In this document: in pieces, positions 23,200 to 34,084 of the stretch
Position numbering within the stretch: position 1 is the stretch's first letter
How the letters are laid out: the number at the start of each line of letters is the position of its first letter
NCBI GenBank assembly: GCA_051294375.1
Contig: JBJCIZ010000282.1
Coordinates: 562,809-626,808, forward strand
Direction of reading: 5' to 3'
Source of the DNA: Paraspadella gotoi
Taxonomy: Eukaryota; Animalia; Chaetognatha
Length of the DNA: 64,000 bases
Program-made: the position numbers and the translations under genes
The notes under the pieces: model-generated
The model's database searches: none
Told to the model about the DNA's origin: nothing
The model's input: only the letters and a program-made list of their open reading frames with translations

Positions 23200-26100
23200 T
23201 ACTCCTGTGTTCAGAGTTTAGTAGGGATTCTGAAATGACGATCTGGAATTGCTTGAGAAATGTTACACAATTGTCCCAAAAATATCTTTCAAACTTTGTT
23301 ATCTCCGTGCTTGGGGAAAAGCAGTCCACTAATTATGAATATTTCCGAAATTATGGACCTCTTTTTAGATTTATGAAGGGCTTTGAATAGAACATGCAGG
23401 CACGTTACCATGTCCGGATTATTGTTTTTGTGATGCAAAATTATTAAACAAGTTTTATTCGTGCTAATTTTTTGGTAAATTTCTCTAAAGCACAGAGATT
23501 CTTGGAAAGGTTTTTTAAAAAAGCTGATATCATCCTGTCTGATGTTAAGCATGTATTGACCGCTGTCTTCTTGTTCCATTTTAAATTGATCAATATTTAA
23601 AAACAAACGCCCTATGAAAATGTACCAGATTTATATTATTGAGACAGGAAAGGCGTAACAATTTTAATCGAGAACGAGTAAAAAATATATGCAAAATGGT
23701 TATATCGATAGTGGAGAAAAAAAAGACACTCGAAAAATAAACTCGACATCTATAAAGATCTAACATTTCGATTTGGCTTGTCCTTTTGTTTATGGAAAAA
23801 AAAATTCAAGGTTTATCGATATTTAATATATCAAATTTTAGAAATAAAAATTAACATTGTGTATATATACCCCGTAAGTCATACAAATAAGGAAAATAGC
23901 GACAATGGACTAGATAATATAAAAACCCCATAAGTCATACAAATAAGGAAAATATCGACCATGGACTAGATAATAAAAAAATAAAAACGGCTGATAAAAA
24001 GGCATAGACATGGGCTAATCGTGTAATAAAGTCAAAGACGACAAAGCTGACGAGATACTGGGGTTCTTCGGATATAAAATGAAATCAAAAGTGAGTCTCT
24101 TCGCCTCGGAATNNNNNNNNNNTTTCGAAAATATGTGCGGCATGCATTTTCCTAAAGTGTCTAATAAAAGTACCGTCTTCTAAGTCGGAGTCAAATGCGA
24201 CAATGGTGTCTTTGCAGTGGTTGTGGTTGCAAATGCAAAGCGCTGAATTCTTGCTATCATTCTCACGCTTTTACCATTTATCTGTGAACCTAATGCGGGG
24301 ATAAGTTTTTTTGCCATGAGACAAGTGTTTGCAAGGTGAATTCCTAGGTTATGGACCTTCATCTTAGTTGTAATCCTAAGGCACAATAATTATATCCTTT
24401 TTAGCAGTTGCATGGCCGACGTCGGATTCTCTAGATCATCAAACGCCGAAACCAAATTGGCTACAGTTTTGTATTTTTTTTCCCTTTTATGCTAGGTTTG
24501 GCCGAATCCTCTATCGCTGTAGTGGGAATCCAACTTGCCACAACACCCGCGAGGGCTTCTACCCAAAGTACCCCATCAAATACTGTCGCGAAAACCGAGT
24601 TAGCCTGGTCATCAGTCGACAAATTAACTTGTTGTAATTGCGAATCTATTACGACGTCCACGTGGGCCTCGACTGGAAGTGCGCCGTCGAATACTTTCGC
24701 AAAAACCGGGTTCGCCGCCTGATTCGTCGACGAATTGACTAGTTGTAATTGCGAATCTGTTAAGTGAAATATAAACAAAATTTAATGCAAACATTTAATA
24801 ATAAAAAAATATTTATTTTAAAAATAAAGTTTAGAATCAACGTTTTGTGGCTTGGCTTGCCCTTGCTTGCTCATTTGTTTAAAGTGCCTCTTTCGGGATC
24901 TCATTTGCATATAAGGCCTGGTCTGTGAAATGAGACAGAATATTGAAAATTAGTTGTAATTTATTTTCAGTTCCCGAATATATTTTTATTTTTTATTTTT
25001 AATTTAAAAAAAATACATATAGTTTTTGGTTTATACCATTCCTCAAAAATAAACAAGATGGCATTTAATCCAATACAGTATTTTTATATGTTTTGAAGTG
25101 TGAACGAAAATGTATTAAAATATTTTTTTTTGTATTGTGAAAAATGGAATAACAACGATTTCATATACATTACAAAAAAAAAACAACAAAGAAAACAAAA
25201 AAAAAACATCCTAATGATAAATGAAATAGACACTGACCTGACAAACTCGCCGTTTGTAGGGCTTCTTTCATGATGTCATCTATTATTACTGCTTCGCGTG
25301 CATCTGGTTCAGCGGCGCCCGCGTCGTCCCAACTACTCATTATTTTTATCAACTGGTGATTTATAGGGACCAAGGCATTGTTTGTTTGATCAAAACCCGT
25401 GTTAGTACTTGGCCTCTCGTCGGGTGTAAAAAGCTGGACACTGGATGCCTGTGTTGTCAGACCTTCGACGTTTCCATGGTTATCACAGTCATTAATGAAC
25501 ACCGACAATGCTTCAACACTATCTTGTTCTTTGGGTGACAGTGACTTTTTTTTATTTGTCGGGGTCACCGTGACGCTGATTATGGGATCGCGTTGGCCAA
25601 ATTGGCCTGGTTTATCTGGAGTGGAAATGGTGACTCTATTAAGATTTAATGAAGGGGCGATTTCGGGAGGTGGGCTAAAGTTTAAAATTTCGCAATTCGG
25701 TTCTTTTTCTTGGCGCATAGGATCGCTTGCGTTTGCATCGTGGGATGTGGGATGGGGGGAGTGGTGGATAAACAATTAACTGTTTTTTTTTTTTTTGGAG
25801 AAGGCGTGACACGAAGGCAGTTGATTTGGTTGAAATTTTATTTGGAGGAGCGTTTTCGCGAAAAAATAGTTACTCTCTTCCACTTGTTCTGGCGACGAAA
25901 ATGCAATGGGGTTTTCTGGTAGCAACTCGTGTCGTGGGGCATTTGACAAAAAGATCCCGTTTCACCGAGGCTGTGATGGTACGTTTCTTGCTCGTTCTCT
26001 TTTTCGTTGGGTTTCTTCGCGCCTGGATTCCTTGTTTTTTCTTGTCGCTTCGAGTGACGTTGATGGCGAATCTTCGTCGTGGAATCCTTGGAACGGCCTG

Positions 26101-26268
26101 GGTTGGAACGGTTGACAGTTTCTCTCTCGTTCAATTTAATTGGTTAACGTTTAAGTTGCAAATATTTGGACTCTCGTCGTCTGCATTCAATAGAGTCTTC
26201 AATCCAAACAAAAAGTCACAATTTCGTACATAACTATTGTGATTGTCGCAATATCGGTTATTGTTCAC
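23200..26268 (-). pseudogene. 3' part of a multi-exon gene with a BED/C2H2-like zinc finger, interrupted by the LTR insertion
   Basis: Exon-like ORFs at 23289-23606, 24461-24760, 25230-25775 and 25838-26268. Own translation at ~24125-24250 gives CICNHNHCKDTIVAFDSDLEDGTFIRHFRKMH. Confidence 0.5.
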
Positions 26269-26719
26269 TGAAGAGAAAACGAGACCCGACGGAGAGCCCA
26301 GATCTGATCCATTCGACCGATTGACCGATCGACCGGACATGACCGGACTCTTTCTCCACTTTTCTCTCCTCCTCTCTCTTCTCTCTCTCTCTCTCCAAAC
26401 TTTACTTGGACCGACCAACAAGACAGAAGATTCACTGGATCACTTAGACTCAACTATTTCTTACAAAGTTTTACCAGTTTTTACTGAAGATTCTTCTCGA
26501 TTTTTTGATTTTCCTACGATTTATTGATTCATCTCGATTTGATCTCGATTTTCGATTTCTTCGTTTTCTACATTTTATTACATTTATTTACATTTATTCC
26601 CGCATTTTTTCCTTCGACATTTTGAGCTTCAGACAGAAACGTTTTGGGATTCTTTTCGTCAGATAAAGTTGCGACCAACATCTCACCTCAAGAGGCGTAG
26701 AGAGCCAAGCTTCTCTACA
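26269..26719 (+). repeat. 5' LTR of outer BEL/Pao element
   Basis: TG...CA; aligns with 30591-31049 plus 41127-41142. Confidence 0.8.
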
Positions 26720-27861
26720 GTAAGAAAGTATACATCGCTTCGGAAAGGTGAGTTGGTTTTGTGATTGTTTTTGGATTGAACTAAATTTGTTTTCCAAGCT
26801 TGACAACGGAACCCTTTGAACCGGAAACATCAATCCAAAAGGTGAGTCTGATCGATGATTGATTGATTGATTGATTGATTAATTGGCTAATTGACCGATT
26901 GATTTTATTGATGATTTATTGATTCGATTAGCTGATTTGTATAAATGAACCGATTGATTATTCAATGATTTATGATTGATTAATTGTCCTTTTGTTTGCT
27001 TTAGTGCCGTCAGTCTTACATTTGAAAATTACTTAGGCAAGATATTTCAAATTCACATATTTTTTAACGAAAAATTTGTGATTCAAATTTTGTCTCAAGG
27101 AAATTTTAATTTTACGAATTAAATTCCTGTCTAAGTGACTTTGCAATTTGTTTTACTGTGTGGATTGATTATTCAATTTAAACTTGCTCTCTCTTTAATT
27201 GAAATTTTATTTTTATTTTTTTATATCGAAAATGATGTCCTTTGCTGATCTCGAGGAGAGATACGCGCGCATCAATATGGATGATTTCCACCTAAAGCTA
27301 AGCGACGCCATNNNNNNNNNNNNNNNNNNNNNNNNNTCTACAGTAAGAAAATATCATCGCTTCGAAAGGTGAGTTGTTTTGTGATTGTTTTTGGATTGAA
27401 CTAAATTTGTTTTCCAAGCTTGACAACGGAACCCTTTGAACCGGAAACATCAATCCAAAAGGTGAGTCTGATCGATGATTGATTGATTAGATTGATGATT
27501 AGATTGGCTAATCGACCGATTGATTTTTATTGATGATTGATTTATTGATTCGATTAGCTGATTTGTATAAATGAACCGATTGATTATTCAATGATTTATG
27601 ATTGATTATTGTCTTTTGTTTGCTTTAGTGCCGTCAGTCTTACATTTGAAAATTACTTAGGCAAGATATTTTCAAATTCACATATTTTTTAACGAAAAAT
27701 TTTGTGATTCAAATTTTGTCTCAAGGAAAATTTTAATTTTACGAATTAAATTTCCTGTCTAAGTGACTTTGCAATTGTTTTACTTTGTGGATTGATTGAT
27801 TCGAATTTAAACTTGCTCTCTCTTTAATTGAAATTTATTTTTATTTTTTTTATATCGAAAA

Positions 27862-29595
27862 ATGATGTCCTTTGCTGATCTCGAGGAGAGTACGCGCGCA
27901 TCAATATGGATGATTTCACACCTGAAGGGCTAAGCGACGCCATTGGCTCCCTCTGCCGAATCATTGAACGATACGAACAAGCTGGAACCCCAGAGGCCAT
28001 TGCCATTCCTGAAGAAATGGAGATAATGGTCAATCAAAAGGTCGGCCAAATTCAAATGATGCAGGAAGGTTATCCCAAAGGATCCCTCCAGCGCAAGATG
28101 CTTGATGAGAGCGTCAACATGGCGCACATCACCGTGCGTCGACGCCGCGATGTACCACCTCCCGAGAAAAATGACGCAAATGATGAGCAAGTGGATGATG
28201 CTGAGACGGCACCTAAGCAAACGCATGATGCTACTAAGGAAGCTGAGCCGTTAATTGATGGATATTTTGACGCCATTATTGAAATTCAACCGAATGATGT
28301 TTCTGAAGACGAAGATTCCGGCCCTGAATATGAGATACAAGGCCCATCCAGGACAAGAGAGATGTCGTGGGACGATCAAACGTTCCGCAATTTCAAACGA
28401 GAGCAACAAGAACTTACTCTCATCAAAGAAGAAAAGAAAAAACAAGAAGAACGATACAACCAAGAGATTGAAAGAAGGAAAGCGGAAATAGAAAAGGAAA
28501 TTCTACAGATGATTGACATCAAGAAGAAGGCCATGAAGAACATCGACGAAGAGATTGAGAGAAAAGCTCAATTATACAATGAAGCCTGCACCGTATTTGG
28601 AACAAAAGCAACTACTAGCACCATCAAAAAGGAGCGCCGGATTTCCTCTTCAGAGAATGATTTGAGAAATGAAGTGAATGAATTGAAAAGAATGATTAGG
28701 AATTTGCAAGGTCGTCTATCATGTGCAGAAACGACCTTCAACGAGACAAGATCCACCCAAGACAGAGCCATCACTGAAATACAAGATTACTGCATCAATC
28801 ATGAAGTAAAAATAAAGAAACAGGAAAAGAAGATTTGCCAATTGGAAAGATCAGTCAAGGAACTTACCAAACAACTGGAAAGAGAAAGGAACATAAGAAT
28901 ACATTTTGGAGGTACTACAAATGAATCTGCTCCAATCAATCCAACTGCTGCTCCAACCACTGCTGCCGCACCTCCTTCGGCTCCAACACCAACTACAGCA
29001 GTACCTCCTTTAGATGAATCCAATATGGGATTATGGATCAAGCAACAGAAGAAGAAAAAGATCACCTACGAAAAAGGGGCCTACGAGAAGCAAAAGAAAA
29101 AGGTTACCATGGATAACGCCGCCTTCGACGTCAACGAAGCCATCCAGAACGTCAACGGCGAGGGGTAAAATGATGGTCAAGTCTTCAAGGATCACTCAAG
29201 GATCACCACCAGCATCTTCTCGTGCATCTCGAAAGGTGAATGTTGAAGAGACGAATGTTGTTTTGAATCATATTAGCGATATAATTGATAGATGTTGTCC
29301 CTGTTGTAATGAATGGCATTGCCTAGAAACCTGTCCAACATTTAAGAGACTTACAAAGGATGAAAAGGTTGATGTAATGAAAAGAAATGGTTTGTGCTTT
29401 AGATGTTTAGAAAAAAACCACATATCAAAACAATGCACTCAACCTAGAGAGGCTTGTATGGTCTGCGATGGGCCTCATCATACTATTATGCATGCTACGG
29501 GTTTCGCTCCAGCTTTTACCCCGAGGCAGAGCCCAACGTCGTATGTTTCGGAGATGGAGTTTCCGATGATCTTCGTCTTGTTCCTTGTTCGATGA
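27862..29595 (+). CDS. gag: Internally deleted BEL/Pao gag (frameshifted) with three Cys/His knuckles
   Basis: CPCCNEWHCLETC, CFRCLEKNHISKQC and CMVCDGPHHTIMH; shares SWD....NF.RE.QEL and EKGAY.KQKKKVT with the inner gag. Confidence 0.8.
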
Positions 29596-30590
29596 CATCT
29601 TGGTTCCTGAAGAGCTGTTTGAGGGGTTGAGGAAAGATATTCATACATTCATTCATTCGTTCATCGATTCATTCATTCATGTGTCCGAACATTCATCCTT
29701 TCATTCCTTCATTTGTTCGTTCGTTCATTCGTTCATTTGTTCGTTCATTTATTTGGGTTATCTTGGTAAGATAACCGGCCAAAATTTTTTGCGGGAATTT
29801 TGATTGTTTCAAACGTTTATTCGTTATCTTGTATTATTATTAGGTTTCATTGTCTCATGTCTAATGGTTATTTTCTTTTTACATTTCTGTTTATTTTTCT
29901 AGAGTTTGTTGTATCTCCTGTTTTCTATCTGTTATTTGTCTTGTTTTCTTTGTCTCGTTGTTTCTTAATTTTCATGCTTTTATAATATCATTGGATTGTA
30001 TCTATTTTGTTATTGTCAGAAGTTATTCTTTTTCTTTATACTGCTTTATGCAAATAACATTGTTTCATTCGGTCTATAATGTTTCATTTTTTCATCGATT
30101 TCTTTTTTGTTTCATTCATGCTCATTCACATTCATTGGCGGGATTGCGGGTTTTATGAGGGTAAAAAAAAATTACAAAATTATTATACAAAATTCTTAAT
30201 TTTAATTATAGTTTATAAGTTTATATTAAAAAGTTAATTTCAGTTCTAATTTCTATTTCTTCATCATAGGGAAGGTAGAACAGGCTTTTTCTCTCTCGAG
30301 ATCACTGAAACGTACCTTGGGGATTCTAGCAGGGTTATCATCTTTTGCGTGCGTTGCGCATCTTTTCCCGACAAGTCCGCTAGCTTGCCGGTCACCCGCT
30401 TAGATCATTCGTCATGCTTAATGCTCCAGAATGGACGCCTCCTCTTCTGAGCCAAGATTTACATCCAAGGTTTCCTCTCCTGGCTGGGGACCGAGCATCT
30501 CCTCCTCGTCTTCAATTGTCTGGTAGTCCTCGTCATTTTCGTCGTCGGTAGGGTCGTCGATTCGATCATTCCAGTTTCTAATTTTTTGTT

Positions 30591-31049
30591 CGAGACCGAC
30601 GGAGATGGCCAGATCTGACCTATTCGACCGATCGACCGGACAGGGACTGACCTGACTCTTTCTCCACTCTTTCTCTCCCTCTCTCTCTTTCTCTCTCTCT
30701 CTCTAAACTTTACTTGGACGAGCTCAAACAAGACTAAGACAGATTCACTGGATCACATTTTGGAGACTTTCAACTATTTTCTTACAAAGTTTTACCACGT
30801 TTTTACTGAAGATTCTTCTACGATTTCATTTGATTTTCCTACGATTTATTGATTCTTCTCGATTTGATCTCGATTTTATACGGATTTCGTCTCGTTTTAC
30901 CTACATTTTATTACATTTATTTACTTTGATTCCGCATTTTTTCCTTCCGACATTTTCGAGCTTCAGTTCATAAAACGTTTGGGATTCTTTTCGTCAGAAA
31001 AGTTGCGACTAAGTGGACCATCCTCACCTCAAGAGGCGTAGAGAGCTAA
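30591..31049 (+). repeat. 3' LTR of outer element (split by inner insertion; remainder 41127-41142)
   Basis: Aligns to 26280-26708. Confidence 0.8.
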
Positions 31050-31375
31050 TGAAGAAACGTTCGGCCTATTCTAGTCATATTTAGACATTGACCCGACATT
31101 GACCTTATTATCGACCGACGACCCGACTCTTTTCACTCTCTCTCTCTCTCTCTCTCTTTATCTCTCTGCACTTTTCTTGGTTAGCGACTTTTTACTGGAT
31201 TATATTCGATTCTTTTTCGCGACTTCAAGGAGACCTCAACTATTTTTTCACAAAATTCTGTATACTTATTTGGACGTTTTGCTTCGATATATTAGAGGAC
31301 CGTCAAAAGCAGTTAATTCTCTCCGCGAAAGACTCTTTGGACGTCGACAAGGCTCGAGAAGAATATTACTCGACA
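31050..31375 (+). repeat. 5' LTR of inner element (about 100 bp shorter than 3' LTR)
   Basis: Near-identical to 40711-41126 except that ~40930-41035 is missing. Confidence 0.92.
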
Positions 31376-31386
31376 GTGAAAAAATA
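31376..31386 (+). promoter_or_regulatory. Non-tRNA primer-binding site, complementary to LTR 31241-31251 (putative self-priming)
   Basis: GTGAAAAAATA is the exact reverse complement of TATTTTTTCAC; no TGG. Confidence 0.7.
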
Positions 31387-31745
31387 ACGAAACGCTTTGT
31401 CTACGTAATCACGGCCGACGATTTCGGAAATCTATCTTTAACTTCACGTCGCGAAAAAGGTGAATCTATCTTATTATTAGAATTAAATTGACAATAAGTA
31501 AACCTTATTGATTAGTTAATTTTGAGATAAGGCAAATCAATTTATCGATTTTTAGTGCCAATTGATTTATTCGGACTATTGATTGGTCATTGATTTGAAG
31601 ATTCTTTATAATCAAATTAATCTTATCAAATTAATTATTTGACTGATTGATTAGGTGATTATTCCTGTTTATCATTGATTGATTGCTCATTTGAAAGTTG
31701 AATTTCTTGTTACTAATTTAAATTTTTACAATTCAATTTCATACG

Positions 31746-34084
31746 ATGGCGATCTCGATCGATAACCTGAGGGCCATGGAGACGTCGATCACCATGAATC
31801 CGGCGTCTATCGAGGGCCTCAAGGACACTACTGTCGCTTTGTCTAATTTGATTGAGCGATTCCGCGCCTTGGGAACTGAGGAAGCCCATCTCGAAGCCGA
31901 TCGTCTAGTCAACATCCTCAAAGACAAGCGTCAAAGGGCTCTAATCATAAGAGAAGTGACCTCCAATGAAGATGACGCCAGTCAACTCGACGAAACTCTC
32001 GCCATCGCCGATCAAGCGATAGGAAGGAGCGAGCAGAGAAAGAAGAGGATGGAAGAAAACGAGGACGAGAGGGCGACCCCGGAACAAGGAAAAGTTGCTG
32101 AAACAACTCCAAAGGAACTTTTCGTCGATGCTTCGTCCAACGGAGCTGATTCTATCGAAGAAACCTCGAGCGAATCAGATTATGAAACATCGGAAGAATC
32201 AGGACTGGATTATGACCAATCGACTTGGAAAACAAAAGACGGCTCCTGGGACGAAAGATCGTATGGAAATTTCCGAAGAGAAAAACAGGAGTTGGATGAG
32301 ATGAAGAAGGAAGAACGGCGAAGAGCTGAAGTCCATGACACCTGTATTAATCAACGGAAAAGTGACTATGAAAACGAGTTGAAGAAAATGCAAGAAACGA
32401 AGGACAACAGCATTGAAAATCATAGGAAAAGGATTGAAGAAAAAAGTCGAAACGTTTAGGAAGAGGCTTCTTTCTTTGCTAAGATCAAAAACGAATCCGC
32501 CAGACTTCCGAGCAACCCTCCATCGAGTTCGACGCCGAAGAAACAAAAATCAAAGATCAATTTGTCTTCTCTCCACTCGAAACTTCACGACCTCGAGACA
32601 AATACAAACAACGCTTTTATTTCAATCGCAACGGTTTTTGCGGAGCAAAAAGCTGAGAGAGAAAAGGAGAGAAAAGACATGGAGACAATGATTTTGAACC
32701 TCAAGAGGGATAACAACATTAGGGAAGACATCATGAAGGAACAGGAAAAAAGGATTAAAAGGCTTGAGGACAAGGTTAAAATGTTGACTCTAGAAGCAAA
32801 TAAACCACAAAACAAAGCTGAAAAGAGAGTAAGCTTTGGAAGAACTCAGATACAGCCACAATCCTTCTCCAGTACTTTAATTGAGTCTTCCACCCAAAAA
32901 CACAGTCGACTCAGCCACCAGCCCAGGCATCGCAAATTCCCCACCAATACCACAACTTGTTCAACCAAGCCAGACAACAGAAAACGCTTTCTTACATGCC
33001 TATATTGAACAAAACAGGAAAATTGCCATGCTTAGGACAGTTGAGCAAGGTCGACCGAAACAATTATACAATGGTGAGAACAAAAACCATTCATTTGAGC
33101 TCCACATTAAGGCTTTTGAGACGACCATGAGGCAAGCTGAAGCCACTGATGAGGTTAAAGTACAAGAACTAAATCATTGGTTCAACGGCTTAGCACACAT
33201 GAAGTTGACCAAGTATATTCTCAATAATGAGATACCAGCAAGTCAAGCCATTGGAGAAGCCATCGAAACTCTGAAAAAAGAATTTGGGAAAAAGGACGCC
33301 AACACCCATGATTTGTTGAAGGATGTCCTCAACAAACCCAAGGTTCAACCAGGCAACAAGACAGAGCTGGACAAGCTGACAACGGAGCTCGAAAATGTTA
33401 AAGCAATGGCGGACGAGATAAAAAAAGGTGATGATTTGGACAAGGATACAATCATTAACGAAATCCTTGAAGCTAGATGCGATCATCTTAAACTGGAGTT
33501 CGCCAGGAAGGATGCCTCTCATCAGATGGATAAAGGGAGAAAACTCAACTTCGACGAATTCATCAAATTCTTGAAGACCAAAATCCTTCTGGAGAAAGGC
33601 GCTTATGCTAAGCAGAAGAAAAAGGTCACGGTGGACGACCACAAAAGCAAGGACAACTTCGTTGAGCATAGCCTTGCTAGATGGATGCGAACCTTGCATG
33701 TTTTGCGATCAATGGCATCATGAGGCGGGATGTAATACCTTAAAACTGGCTTCAACAGAAAAGAAAAAAGAAATCTTAAGAAACAAAGGATTATGCTTCA
33801 AATGTTTGAAAACAAGTCATATGGCAAAGCAATGCAAATCCGATGTCAATTGTTTACTTTGCGACCAAAGCCACGACACGATGGTACATCATCTCAACCA
33901 AAGGCAAACTTATGCAGCAGCAGAATCAAAATCACTAAGCCCTCCCCATGGAGCAAGACGACCTCCGACCCCAAATAGAAACTCAATTGAACAAAATTCA
34001 ACACCACTTAGAATGAAGCCCTTGAGAAATTCACCTACAAGATCAGCTTCACCATCAGTGAGTGGAGGAACCATCTCCTCCTGA
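31746..34084 (+). CDS. gag: BEL/Pao gag (split by several frameshifts)
   Basis: Coiled-coil, capsid-like helical region (32990-33590) and knuckles CMFCDQWHHEAGC, CFKCLKTSHMAKQC, CLLCDQSHDTMVH. Confidence 0.88.

Noticed and set aside
26715-27945. ~600-bp direct duplication either side of the N-gap at 27312-27336
   Set aside because: The copies differ by small indels and flank a gap; most likely an unmerged contig overlap.
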